Shown: positions 49,546-62,761 of the stretch, piece by piece | How the letters are laid out: each line of letters starts with the position of its first letter | How positions within the stretch are numbered: position 1 is the first letter of the stretch | Assembly (NCBI RefSeq): GCF_963921235.1 | Contig: NC_086107.1 | Location: 115,198,001 to 115,262,000 of the forward strand | Reading direction: 5' to 3' | From: Mobula hypostoma | Lineage: Eukaryota | DNA length: 64,000 nucleotides | Notes under the pieces: generated by a model | Told to the model about the DNA's origin: nothing | The model's input: the letters and a program-made list of their open reading frames with translations, nothing else | Databases searched by the model: none | Made by a program: the position numbers and the translations under genes

Positions 49546-50280
49546 TCGTCTGGTGGAACCTGACCTCACTCAATAGCTTCTCTTTTGGCTCCTCCCACTT
49601 CCTTCAAACAAAAGGTGTAGCCATGGGCACTCGCATGGGTCCCAGCTATGCCTGCCTTTTTGTTGGCTACGTGGAACAATCTATGTTCCAATCCTACACT
49701 GGGGGTATTACTCCCCAACTTTTCCTTCACTACATCGACTGCATCGACACATAAATACTTTAGAAATTATCTGGGGTTACCCATAGCCCTCTATTTTTCT
49801 GAGCTCCATGTACCTATCCAGGAGCCTTTTAAAAGACCCTACTGAATCCGCCTCCACCTCTGTCGCCAGCACCCAGTCCATGCACTCTGCACTCTCTGCA
49901 TTTTTTTAAAACTTATCCCTGACATCTCCTCCGTACCTACTTCCAAGCATCTTAAAACTGTGCCCACTCATGTTAGCCATTTCAGCCCTGGGGTAAAAAG
50001 CCTCTGACTAACCACACAATCAATCATCATCTTGTACACCTCTATCAGGTCACCTCTCATCCTCTGTCACTCCAAGGAGAAAAAGCCAAGTTCACTCAGC
50101 CTGTTCTCATAAGGCATGCTCCCCAATCCAGGCAGGTTCTTCTTGTCCTCACCAGCCTTCGCATCCAGTACATAGTTTTCCATAATTTCCGCCATCTCCA
50201 ACAGGATCCCACCACCAAGCACATCTTCCCCGCCCCCCCCCCACACACACACACTTTCTGCTTTCTGCAGGGATCGGCAG
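49546..50280 (+). mobile_element. Penelope-like element 3' continuation, interrupted by a minus-strand CR1 (~49760-50135)
   Basis: FSFGSSHFLQTKGVAMGTRMGPSYACLFVGYVE...YID; later RHLQQDPTTKHIFP. Confidence 0.85.
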
Positions 50281-53200
50281 ATGGTAAAGAGTGGGAATAA
50301 GGGGGGCCTATTCTGACTAGTGGTGTTCCACAGGAGCCGGTGTTGGGACCAATTCTTTTCCTGTTGTATGTCAACGATCTAGGTGATCTTTTGGCCAAGT
50401 TTGTTGATGATTCAAATATATGTGGCGGGCTGGGCACTTTAGAGGAAGAAGAGCATTTCAGAAGGGGCAGATTAGGAGAACGGGCAAAAAAATGGCAGAT
50501 CAACAGTAATGTAGGAAAGAATAAGTTCACACCTTTTGGTAAAAGGAATAAAGGCAGAGTCTATTTTGTACATTAGGAGCAGATGGTGAGGGTCCTTCGT
50601 CATGGATACTGCCTTGAAGCACCATCTCCCGAAGACTCCCTTGATGGTGTGGAGGCTCGTAGCCGCAATGGATCTGGCTGAATCTACAGCACCGTACAGA
50701 CCACTGCACCTTGGCTGTTTAATGGTCTTTTTTAGTGGATTCTTTTGGAGTTCTTTGTTTTGTGGCTGCCTGTAAGGAGATGAATCTCAAGGTTGTATGC
50801 ATACTTTGATAATAATTGTTCTTTGAATTTTGAACTTGAGCCCTCTGCAGCCTCCACTCCAAACAGTGATGTAACCATTCAGAATGGTCTCCACTATACT
50901 TTGCTAGAGTCTTGGGTGACATACTGATTCTCCTTAAACTCTTAATGAAGTAGAGCCACTGGCATGCCTTCTTCGTGCTCACATCAATATTTTTGGTCCT
51001 GGGTTAGATCCTCAAAGATTTTGATACTCCGAGTCTTGAAGCAGCTCATCCTTTCCACTGCTGATTGCTTGACGAAGATTAGTGTGTTCCCTTGACCTCA
51101 CTGGGCCCCCTCTCAGCTATTTAGACATCACTCCCAAGTCTATTAGAAAGTAGGTCAGCTGCTCATGGGATAGTGGCTGATCCAAGCCCTACTCCATGCC
51201 ATTGTATTAGAGGACAGGAGATTGTGGGAGACTGAGGTCTGTGATCTTCGTGCTTGTGTTGCCCCAGCAAACCGTCAAGAGACAGTGCAAGAGAATCCGG
51301 ACATGATGGATCTTGGGGTTGATGTTGATAAATCCCTCGAAGTTGTCTCACAGGTTAAGAAGGCGTGTGGTGTGCTGGCCTTCATTTGTTAGGGAATTGA
51401 GTTCAAAAGCCTCTTAAATATTTCACCTTTCACCTGTAACATGTAATTTTGAAGTTCTATAAAACTCTGGTGAGACCACGTTTGGAATCGTGTTCATTTC
51501 TGGTTGCCTCATTATAGGAAGGATGTGGAAGCTTTAGAGGGTGCGAGTGAGATTTACCAGGATGCCACCTGGTTTAGAAAGCGTGTCTGATGAGGATAGA
51601 TTGAGTGAGCTCGGGCTTTTCTCTTGAGAGTGAAGGAAGATGAATTGTGTATAAGACAATCATGTGGACAGTCAGCAGCTTCATCCCGGAGTGACCATGC
51701 CCAATACTGGAGGACATCGGAAGGTTTGAGAGGAGGGGATTTCAATCAGGTCCACTGCCTGGGCTCAAAAGGAAGCAGTGGATCGCTACAACAAAAAAAG
51801 AGCTTTGACCAGCGATCAGTGTTTGGGATTGTTTAGCAAGAGCAAATTAAAGAAAGGCAGGGGTAAGCACGGCAGCAATCGTTGCCTAAGTGGACAGGGT
51901 CAGAGTGGTGATCTCGAGGCTTTGGCTCTTCAAGGATTCAGTCAGAAAGACAAGGGGGAAGAAAAGCTCAACATTATTTTATCCTTCCCTTCTTTATATC
52001 TGCTCAGCTAGGATAGTAGCGGTACCACACCCTCACTGCCCCTCCCACAGCACTTCCTCTCACCCTCCTCACAGCCTCTCCCTAATCCCTCGCTCTCTTC
52101 TGTATAATTTATGCTTTACTTATGTGTTCCTTGTGATTGCTGGGAGATCCAGTAGATTTATAACATTACCAGAGACATGAATGGAGTAGGCAGTCAGTAT
52201 CTTTCTCCCCATGGTTGAAGTAGTGATTAGCAGAGAACATGATTTCGAGCTGTTAGGGATCCTTTACGGAGGGATTTTGGGGTCCAAGTCTGCAGCTCCC
52301 TGAAAGTGTCTGCACAGGTTGATGGGGTGGTCAAGGAGGAGTTCAGCACACCTGCCTTTAATAGTCGAGGTTCTGAGTTCAAGAGTCGGGAAATTATGAT
52401 GCTGCAATATCAAATTCTGTTTAGCCACGTGGAGTATCTCGTGCAGTTCTGTTTGCCCCACTAGAGGAAGTGTGTTGAGGCTTTGGAGAGGGTCCAGAAG
52501 TTGTTCTCCAGGATTCTGCCTCAATGAACTGGAAGGAGACTTTGGATTCTCTTAATGACTGAAAGAATAAAAATTGGGGGTTACTTAGGAGGGTAGGGTT
52601 AGGTTGATTTTGGAGTGGGTTAGCACAACATTGTGGGCTGAAGGGCCTTCACTGTGCTGTAATGTTCTATGGTGCACGTAAACTTGGGTTGTTTTTTCTG
52701 GGGTGGCAGATGCTGAGGGAAAGTTTATAAGACATGGATCGAGCAAACAACCTATCTCTTTTCCCCAGGGTGGGAATATCCAATACCAGAGAGCATGGAT
52801 TTAATGTGTATGTGGGGAGTGGGACATGCGCAGGCCAAATTATTTTCACACCGAGCGGTGGGTGCCTGGAATGTACTGCCAGGGGTGATGGTGCAGGCAG
52901 ATATGATAGAGCTCTCTTAAGAAGCTGTAAGACAGACAGACATGAATATGCAGGAAACAGAGTGGTAGGCAGAAGGGATTAATTTCTTTGGACATGTGAT
53001 TACTGATTTAATTAGTTCAGTTCAACATCGTGTATGTTCCTGTATGTTGTCTATACCGTTGAAAGTATCTGAACAGGTTGCGTCAGTCTGGTACAGCAAT
53101 TTGAAAGCATAGAATTGTAAGAGGCTGTAGGGAGTAGTGAGCTCAGCCCAATACATCGCGGGCACGCCCCTCCCTACCATTGATGGTATCTACTGGAGAG

Positions 53201-53340
53201 CGTTCCTCAGGAAGGCAACATTCACTATCAAAGATCCACACCATCCGGGCCACACCATATTCTCGTGGCTCCTGTCGAACGCGAGGCATTTGAAGTCCCA
53301 CACCACCAGGTTCAGGAACAGCTACTGCCCCTCATCTGCA
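50280..53340. mobile_element. Mosaic of CR1 and Rex/Babar fragments
   Basis: SGVPQ..VLGP.LF..YVND...KF.DD; KKACQWLYFIKSLRR; IKDPHHPGH...TTRFRNS. Confidence 0.7.
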
Positions 53341-53889
53341 CCCCTAAACCGTGGAATTCAATGCCTAAAATTTCAAGAGATGCAGACTTCCAAACAAAGC
53401 TCAAAACCAATTTATTTCCCTTTGCTTTTAACTAACACCTTTTTGTTTTTTATTCTCATATTTATTTTTATTTTCAATTTTTATTTTATTTTCTGATTTG
53501 TACCTTTCTTACATTGAAAGCACTTTGAATGACATCTGTATGAAAAGTGCTTGATAAAAGTTATTATATTTTTAGTTTTTCTCAGCTTGTGCTTGTAAAA
53601 TCTGAGGTAGGGGTATAATGAAGCACACACACATTTCTCAATTGCTTGCGAACTATTCTACTGGTTTTCAGTATTGTGGCTTTCAGGAGATTTACATAGA
53701 TATTGCTGTGTAGGTGTAATCGTTTAATACTATTGTGTAGCAACATTGGGATGATACCAGCTGTAGATATTACTATCAGGACAATTTATACCCTGTTCAT
53801 GTTCCATAGTCTTTCAATTTCCTCATACTTCTTTCAATTCAGCATACTTCTGGCATTTTTTCCACTTATTTATTTCTGTATGTTATCAT

Positions 53890-55360
53890 CAAGTTTATTC
53901 ACATTTAACTATCTATATGCATATGGAAACAAGACAACAATTCTCCAAACCAGGATGTAAAACACAGTAGTACACATAACACACGATATCTTATGAAGGT
54001 AGGGATAAAATGTACAGATGAATCACACATAAATAACAAACTAAAGTTCAATAATGTTAAATATTGTAAGGTACAGAACAGATTAACCAGTGACAGTTCT
54101 AAAATGATGCGGCAGGGAGTTCAGAAGCCTACTAGCCTGGGAGACGAAACTGGTTTTCATCCTGATCATTCTTGTTTTTTTGTCTCCTGCCTGATGGTAG
54201 AAAGTCAGAGGATGCTGGGTGGGTGGCTGGGATCCTAATTAATATTAAGAGCTCTGTGTATGCAGCACTCCTGATAATCGTCTCTGGATGGATGGTAGGG
54301 AGACCCCTGTGATCCTCTCAGCTGTTCCCATTCCTTTGTAGGGTTTTCTGGTCTGATGTTTGACTGCTCCCATACCAGATGGAGATGCAATTTAGATTAG
54401 ATTAGATTATGAGGACACTCAGTCCTCGTTTATTGTCATTTAGAAATGCATGCATTAAGAAATGATGCAATGTTCCTCCAGAGTGATATCACAGAAAAAA
54501 AACGGGACAAACCAAAGACTAACACTGACAAGACCACATAATTATAACATATAGTTACAGCAGTGCAAAGCAATACCATAATTTGATAAAGAGCAGACCA
54601 TGGGCACGGTAAAAAAAAAAGGTCTCAAAGTTCCAATCGACTCCCAATAGTCCCTGATAGCAGGCGGCAAAAGGGAGAAACTCCCTCTGCCATAAACCTC
54701 CAGGCGCCGACAACTGCCGATGCATTGGAAGCAACCACAGCCGACTCTGAGTCCGTCCGAAAACTTTGAGCCTCCGACCAGCTCTTCGACACCGAGCACC
54801 ATGTCTGCTGAGCGCTTCGACCCCGCCCCGGCCGCCGAGCATCAAGCAAAGCTGAGGACTTGGGGCCTTCCCCTCCGGAGATTCTGGATCACACAGTAGC
54901 AGCAGCAGCGAAGCAGGCATTTCAGAAGTTTCACCAGATGTTCCTCCGTGCTCTCACGTCTGCCTCCGTCAAATCAGGATTGTGCACGGCACACCTCTTC
55001 CTAGAGATGCTGCCAGGCCTGTTGCGTTCACCAGCAACTTTTATGTGTGTTGCTTGAATTTCCAGCATCTACAGAATTCCTGTTGTTTGTGCACAGCACC
55101 CTCCTTGACAGATAACAGATATCATTCACCAGAGTGGCCACTGCGCGCTGCGTCGCGCCACCATCTCCTCCTCCTCCAACTTGTCAGGATGCTGTCAATG
55201 ATGCTCCTATAAAATGCAGTTAAGGTGTGTGTGTGTGTGTGTGGTACCATCTTGTTCGGGGAGATGATATTAACGGACGGGTGAGGTCATCCCCTGGATG
55301 TGAACTCCCGGGAACTTGGTGCACTTAACTCTCTCTATGGAGGAGCCATGTGTTCGCAGA
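53890..55360 (-). mobile_element. Rex/Babar-type fragment with nested non-autonomous inserts
   Basis: Minus-strand Rex 3' motifs; (TAGAT)n tail at 54392-54408; Penelope tail at 54993-55086. Confidence 0.55.
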
Positions 55361-55832
55361 GTTGTGTTTGGAATGGCTGTGTCTATTAAGTAATTTGTTC
55401 TTGCTTGTTTATTCTGTAATATATCTGGATGGTTATTATGGATTGTCTATCTGTAAGAATGGATTGGTTGTAATACAATTTGTAGGGCTCGGACTCTGAA
55501 ACTGGATCAGGCTTGTATTTGTAGTAAGGTACGCTGTCGTTCTTTTTGAGGGGTGTGTGGGTGTCCAGGGAGGGGTGCCGTCTCTGGAGAAGGGGCTTGT
55601 TTTGTCCATTCCGGAGCAGCTCACTCGCCTTTGGTCTGGGCTCTCACCCATGGCTCCAAGTAGCAGTTTGCATGCGACTGTGGCCACACCCTGGTACCCC
55701 ACTTTGACAGAGTTGTTTGGAATGACTGTCTATTAGGGTTAGGGTTGGAGTGCCTGTCCTAGAATGCAAAGTCAGCACCAGCAGGCTGGATGGATGAGAT
55801 CTACGGTAAGCTCCAATGGCTAGGAAAGTGGT

Positions 55833-58034
55833 GCTCACTCCTTCCGAACGCTCTGCTCTCCGCACTAATCCTAACCTTACTATAAAACCCGCCGATAACG
55901 GGGGTGCTGTTGTAGTCTGGCGTACTGACCTCTACCTTGCCGAGGCACAGCGACGACTCGCAGATACCTCCTCTTATTTACCCCTCGATCGTGACGCCAC
56001 TAAGGAGCACCAGGCCATTGTCTCCCACACCATCACCAACTTTATCCACTCAGGGGATCTCCCATCCACTGCTACCAACCTTATAGTTCCCACACCCCGC
56101 ACTTCCCGTTTCTACCTCCTACCCAAGATCCACAAACCTGCCTGTCCTGGCAGACCCATTGTCTCAGCTTGCTGCTGCCCCACTGAACTCATTTCTGCAT
56201 ACCTCGACACGGTTTTATCCCCCCTTGTTCAATCCCTCCTACCTATGTTCATGGCACTTCTCACGCTCTGAAATTTTTTTGATGATTTAAAGTTCCCTGG
56301 CCCCCACCGCTTTATTTTCACCATGGATGTTCAGCCCCTATATACTTCCATCCCCCATCAGGAAGATCTCAAAGCCCTCCGCTTCTTTTTGGATTCTAGA
56401 CCTAATCAGTTCCCCTCTACCACCACTCTGCTCCGTATAGTGGAATTAGTCCTTACTCTTAATAATTTCTCCTTTGGCTCCTCCCACTTCCTCCAAACTA
56501 AAGGTGTAGCCATGGGCACCCATATGGGTCTTAGCTATGCCTGCCTTTTTGTTGGCTTTGTGGAACAATCCATGTTCCAAACCTATTCTGGTATCTGTCC
56601 CCCACTTTTCCTTTGCTACACTGACAACTGCATTGGCGCTGCTTCCTGCACGCATGCTGAACTTGTTGACTTCATTAACTTTGCCTCTAACTTTCACCCT
56701 GCCCTCAAGTTTACCTGGTCCATTTCCGACACCTCCCTCCCCTTTCTTGATCTTTCTGTCTCTATCTCTGGAGACAGCTTATCTACTGATGTCTACTATA
56801 AGCCTACTGACTCTCACAGCTATCTGGACTATTCCTCTTCTCACCCTGTCGCTTGCAAAAATGCCATCCGCTTCTCACAATTCCTCCGTCTCCGCCGCAT
56901 CTGCTCTCAGGATGAGGCTTTTCATTCCAGGACAAAGGAGATGTCCTCCTTTTTTAAAGAAAGAGGCTTCCCTTTCTCCACCATCAACTTTGCTCTCAAA
57001 CGCATCTCTCCCATTTCACGCACATCTGCTCTCACCCCGTCCTCCCGCCACCCCACTAGGAATAGGGTTCCCCTTGTCCTCACCTACCACCCCACCAGCC
57101 TCCGGGTCCAACATATAATTCTCCGTACCTTCTGCCACCTCCAACTGGATTCCACCACTAAGCACATCTTTCCCTCCTCCCCCCCCCCCACACTTTCTGC
57201 AGGGATCGCTCCCTACGCAACTCTCTTGTCCATTTGTCTCCCCCATCCCTTCTCATCAATCTCCCTCCTGGCACTTATCCTTGCAAGTGGAACAAGTGTT
57301 ACACACGCCCTTACACTTCCTCCCTCACCACCATTCAAGGCCCCAGACAGTCGCGAGACCCGACGCAGGCTGGGAGACCATTTCGCTGAACACCTGCGCT
57401 CTGTTGGCCAGAGAAAGCAGGATCTCCCAGTGGCTACACATTTTAATTCCACGTCCCATTCCCTTTCTGATATGTCTATCCCCATCTCCTCTACTGTCTA
57501 GATGAAGCCACACTCAGGTTGGAGGAACAACACCTTATATTCCATCTGGGTAGCCTCCAACCTGATGGCATGAACACTGTCTTCTCTAGCTTCTGTTAAT
57601 GCCCCACCTCCCCTTCGTACCCCACCCATTATTTATTTATTAATTATTATTATATATAATTTTTTTTCTCTCTTTTTCTCCCTCTGTCCCTCTGACTATA
57701 CCCCTTGCCCATCCTCTGGGCTTCCCCCCTCCCCCTTTCTTTCTCCCTGGGCCTCCTGTCCCATGATCCTCTCGTATCCCCTTTTGCCTATCACCTGTCC
57801 AGCTCTTGGCTCCATCCCTCCCCCTCCTGTCTTCTCCTATCATTTTGGATCTCCCCCTCCCCTCCCACTTTCAAATCTCTTACTATCTCTTCTTTCACTT
57901 AATCCTGACGAAGGGTCTCAGCCCGAAACGTCGACTGTACCTCTTCCTATTGATGCTGCCTGGCCTGCTGCGTTCCCCAGCAATTTTTATGTGTGTTGCT
58001 TGAAATTCCAGCATCTGCAGATTTCCTCGTGTTT
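55833..58034 (+). mobile_element. Penelope-like element (RT plus GIY-YIG remnant), disabled
   Basis: IKPADNGGAVVVW, YLLPKIHKP..PGRPIVS, MDV..LYTSIPH, LQTKGVAMGT, ETRRRLG..F.EH...PVA.HFN; catalytic motif decayed (YTDN), YIG segment deleted, frameshifts. Confidence 0.93.
57901..57936 (+). ncRNA. Minimal type I hammerhead ribozyme motif in the Penelope terminal repeat
   Basis: AATC-CTGACGA-A-GGG(TCTCAG)CCC-GAAAC-GTC-GACT: core boxes, helix II, palindromic ACGT helix III, helix I with one mismatch. Confidence 0.75.
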
Positions 58035-60469
58035 TCATCACTGCAACCAAGGAAGACCCCCTGCTTGTGGCACTTGTTGGTATCACTGGACCCGGACTTC
58101 TGGGGACAGCCACAGTGCAACAGCTTTTCCACTTTTAAAAACTCTCTTGCACAGGTTTCCTGTCATTGTCGGACATGATGGATGACCATTATGCTGTCTG
58201 CTACGAGTCCATATTTTAAATCAAGAATTTGGTGAATGATGTTTGCCACTTGAGTGTGCCTGGGTCAGTAATCAGATTGAGTTAAACTGCTACAGGATCT
58301 TGTAATGTGTTGGATTGTTTCTGGTTTCTTTTGGCATTTTCTGCATTTATCACCTTGGATTTGTTGGTCTTTTATTATGTATTTTCGATTTTTTTATGTT
58401 AACCACCTAGTTCTGTATTGCAACAGGGTTCTGAGTTGGATGATCAGCCATGATCATACTGAATGGCAGTGCAGGCTCGAAGGGCCAAATGGCCTACTCC
58501 TGCACCTATTTTCTATGTTTCTATGAACCATCTGTTTCTGGGAAGAGGTCTCTTAATGCTGAGCCAGGAATCTAATACTTCCTTGTCAACATCTAGTCTG
58601 CTCAGATTGTGGGGACATCTTCCATGGAGGGTCAGGCTCCTCCTTTGGTTAATCTTTTCTTCTGTAGTGATAATTTCTTTATTTTTCTGGTTGTGCTTTA
58701 ATTTAAATTTAGTGGTGTGTGCTTATCAGAGTTTAACTTGCTCATGTGGCATTCTGATTATGTTTCTGTTGATGAAAATGTATCTTTAGAAGTTTTATCT
58801 GACTTCTGTATTTTTAAGGTCTGATAACTCCTGGTCCTCCTTCAGTCCCAGGTAGAATTAATCAAAGTATGTTCGACTGTTTTCTAAAATCCGTCATTTG
58901 AGTTGTTACTTTTCCTTGTAACATTTCCGGATCAGTTTAGGATATTATGCCAAAGGAATGTTACAATGGGTATGGTGAAAGTGTTTATTGCCTTTGTTAT
59001 ATTTTTACTGTTGAGCTGTTTGACAGATTTTCTTGAGCCTTGAAGTAAATTCTGTCAAAAGTTTTCCAATTATTGCACTATGAGCTGTTTTCTTTGCTTG
59101 TTGATATCCCAGGTACTTGTGTTTCATATTCACCCATTGCTTGTATTGTCTCCCATTGCTGTTTTATATTCTGTTAGATCTATTGCACCTTTCCTTGTCT
59201 TTAATGTTCTGTACTTAACTAGACCAAAGTTCAAGTGTATCTACTATTTGAATAGTTCTACTATTTGAATTAATTGCTCTAGCTTTATTGATGAAGGAGC
59301 GTATAATTTCAAATTACAGTATCCCTGTATAGAAGGTGTGTCAAGGAATAATTCATTTCATTGTTTCTGATTTGATTTCCTATTTTTGTGCGATTCAGTA
59401 AATTAGAGCGGGAGTTAAATCAATAGTGGACTTGATCACCCTGGAAAATGCCCCAGTTTATTGTGATAATTGTGTTTTGTTCTTTTTTTTGTTAGTAGAT
59501 AGGGGCATTGTGCTACACCAATGCTTCATCAGATGTTGTAGGAATTTTATAGTATTGGATGTAATTCTTATAAATTGAGAACTTTAATGTGTGGGATAGA
59601 ATCAAATGCATTGTGATACTTAACAACATGAAAGATTTCTGCTTTTCCTCTGGGCTTGATTTAGAGTTACTGAATCTATAATCGGTTCTTCTTTACATCC
59701 TTGCGGCATCTTTTCTGCTCTAAGTATTTTGTGGTTATCTCGGTGAGTGGTGATTAGTTGCAAGATGCATGTTACAATTTTGTATATAGTTTGTAAACAA
59801 GTAATAGGACAATATTTTCATGGGTCATTTATGATTTCTTCAGGTAAGTGATGTTTTACTTTCTGTCAAAACTTTGGTCACTTCAGAATTTTTAAAGAAA
59901 ATTGTTGATGTGTATTAATAGGAACAGATGAAGGCAGGTAAATGTATTGTATCAAAAATTATCACTGTTGTTACTTTTCCAGTTGAGTATTTTTAATAAC
60001 CACCTTTAGCATATCCATTGTAACTTCTGTGTGTCTGTGTCCGTGTGTCTGTGTCCGTGTGTGAGTCCTGTTTGACCAGATATTAGACCAAAAGTTCATT
60101 GTCTCTGTGCTAGGGTAGGTGACATTTTGGTGCATCAAATTTAGTTTCAATGTCCTGTATAAACTATTTCATTGTTCCTAAACTGGGAATTCTGTTTTCT
60201 TTGTTGACACATTTTGTGTATCTATTTAGTCTGGCATTGTATTCTTTATATTAATGTATCCAAGTTCTACAGTGCTTTTGTTCGGTTGATTATATCACGT
60301 ATGGACCTCATATTTCCATAGTTTGTCTCAACTTTCTTGCTTGGGTTATCCAATTTATGCTGCATTAGTCTAGGCTATTTCTGCTCTAAAGGTTGCAATT
60401 TTGTTTCTTAGTCTCTTCTGGCATTTTGCTATTCTCATTTCATTACTCTGCTTTGGGTTTCTGTGAATG

Positions 60470-61255
60470 AGTGGTTCATTTTGGTAGGTCAAATTTGAAG
60501 ACAGAATGTAATATTAATGGTAAGACTCTTGGCAGTGTGAAGGATCTGAGAGATCTTAGGGTCTGTGTCCATAGCATACACAAAGCTGCTGCACAGGTTG
60601 ACAGTGTTGTTAAGAAGGCGTACAGTGTGTTGGCCTTTATCAGCTGTGGGATTGAGGTCAAGAGCCATGAGGTAATGTTACAGCTAAATAAAACCTTGGT
60701 CAGACCCCACTTGGAGTACTGTGTTCAGTTCTGGTCACCTCACTACAGGAAGAATGTGGATACTACGGAGAGAGTGCAGAGGAGATTTCCAAGGACGTTG
60801 CCTGGAATGCAGGGTGTACGTTATGAGAATAGGTTGAGTAAGCTTGGCCTTTCCTCCTTGGAGCGACGGAGGAGGAAAGGTGACATGATAGAGGTGTATA
60901 AGATGATGAGGGATATTGATCGTGGGGATAATCAGAGGCTTTTTCCCCCGGGCTGAAATGAATAAGGAGGCATTGTTTTAAGGTACTTGGAAATGTGTAC
61001 CAAGGGGATGTCAGGGGTAAATTTTTTACGCAGAGACTGGTGAGTGCTTGGAATGAACTGCTGGCTGTGGTGGTGGAGGTGGATACAGTAGGGTCTTTTA
61101 AGAGCCTCTTAGATAGGTACATGGAGCTTAGAAAAATCGAGGGCTATGTGGCAGGGAAATTCTTGGCAATTTCTTGAGTAGGTTACATGGTTGGCACACC
61201 ATTGTGGGCTGAAGGGCCTGTGATGTGCTGTAGGTTTCCATGTTCTATGTTCTAT
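60470..61255 (+). mobile_element. CR1 3' fragment inserted in the R4-like element
   Basis: RDL.V.VH...LVRPHLEYCVQFWSPHYRK...ERVQRRF; (TTCTATG) tail. Confidence 0.9.
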
Positions 61256-61577
61256 TCTGGAGCCATTGCACTGCTATTAATGCTGCGCAGTATGTTGTGT
61301 GTAGTTCTTCAAATGTTTCAAGTTTTCCTAAATATTTGGGTAATATGTTGTCGAGAGTAACAATTTCTGCAAATTTTGATGACGTTTTGGTATGTAGTGT
61401 CTTTTTGTTGGGTCAGTGCCCATGTATTCTGTTAGTGTGATGTTAAATGTTAGGATAATTTTGTTGGTAAGATCAACTTTATCGTCAGCATTCTGTGGAG
61501 GCTCTGTATCTGTTGTTGCTATTACTGTTGGGTTGTGGAGCAACTGTTAAAGTAGTCCTATTTTCTTTCATCAGTGA

Positions 61578-61755
61578 CAAGAAAATCTGCAGATGCTGAA
61601 AAGCCAAGCAACATACATACAAACTGCTGGAGGAACTGAGCAGGCCAGGCAGCATCTATGGAAAAGAGTAAACAGTTGATGTTTTGGGCTGAGACCCTTC
61701 AGCAGGACTAGAATATTTTTCATAGATGCTGCCTGGCCTACTCAGTTCTGGCAGG
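61578..61755 (-). mobile_element. Penelope terminal fragment with decayed hammerhead and short inverted arm
   Basis: Minus AGTCCTGCTGAAGGGTCTCAGCCCAAAACATCAACT; arm ~61717-61754 inverts ~61625-61665. Confidence 0.7.
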
Positions 61756-61759
61756 TAGG

Positions 61760-62760
61760 CAAGTGTGTGTAACATGTCTGTGGATTAAGTTACTTTTTTT
61801 CTACATTGATCTGTTACTTGTTGTGCATTTACTGCATGCCAGGATATTGTACTATAAACTTTTGATGAAGTTTGTCCCTGTATGCTGTCAGATCAGCCTG
61901 AAGTTCTGTTACTTGATAATATGCACATATTATGAATGTGTTTATCTTTAATAACCATTTCATGTGTGTCTTTCTTCTCTTGACTTAAGTGGTCTCAAGT
62001 GCAATAAACTGCTTCCCTGAGAAACACCTGCAGCCTTGCACCCCCAAAATGGAGAAAAGATGCTGACCACAGCACTGCTCAATCTGTATGCAGCCGTGCC
62101 TGGATTTGTTTCTGTTGTGGTCCATGGGTCGTATTTTATTTCCAGTCAGCACTGCATATCTGCAGGGCTAACCCCTGGGGAAGTGCCCAACGGGGGACAG
62201 AGAACTCATGGGTTGGTATTGGTGTTTTGTCTTTCTCTTTTCTCAGCTCAAGCTGGTAAAATCTGAGGTACAGGCACAGCTAAGCACATTTATCTCACAA
62301 TTGTTAGGAACTTTCAGACTATTCCAGCGCTGTTTTGTAATGTGGATTTCTAGAGATTTGCATAAATATTGCTGTGTAGGTATAATTGTTTAATGCTATT
62401 GTGTAGTGTGTTTGGGATGATACCAGCTGTAGATATTACTATCAGGACAATTTATACCCTGTTCATGTTCCATAGTCTTTCAATTTCCTCTTTTAATTCA
62501 GCATATTTCTGGTGTTTTTCACTGATTGATTTTTGTATGTTATGTGGTTTGGAATGGCTATATCTGTTAAGTTGTTCCTGCTCATTTATCATGTAATATA
62601 TCTGGACAGTTCTTATGGATTGTCCTATCTGTAACAATGGATTGGTTGTAATATAATTTGTGGTACTCTGACTCTAAAACTGGATCAGGCTTGTATTTAC
62701 AGTAAGGTACGTGGTTTTTTGAGTTTGTATTTTAAAGCAAGATTTTGATGAATGATGTTT
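61760..62760 (-). mobile_element. Second R4/Dong-like 3' fragment(s)
   Basis: EKHQKYAELKEEIERLWNMNRV; strong similarity to 53570-53890 and 55400-55530. Confidence 0.65.
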
Positions 62761-62761
62761 G

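Larger units (their letters stand above)
53570..61560 (-). mobile_element. Fragmented R4/Dong-clade (restriction-like endonuclease) non-LTR retrotransposon hosting nested inserts
   Basis: AT-rich minus-strand ORF remnants: QKRLRNKIATFRAEI, DKCRKCQKKPETIQHITRSC (CCHC), TDR...NNHPDI...YLID.AIP, KYAELKE...RLWNM. Confidence 0.7.

Noticed and set aside
56323..57501. 392-aa ORF as an active or domesticated reverse transcriptase
   Set aside because: Catalytic aspartates decayed (YTDN), upstream frameshift and deleted YIG segment: a dead Penelope copy
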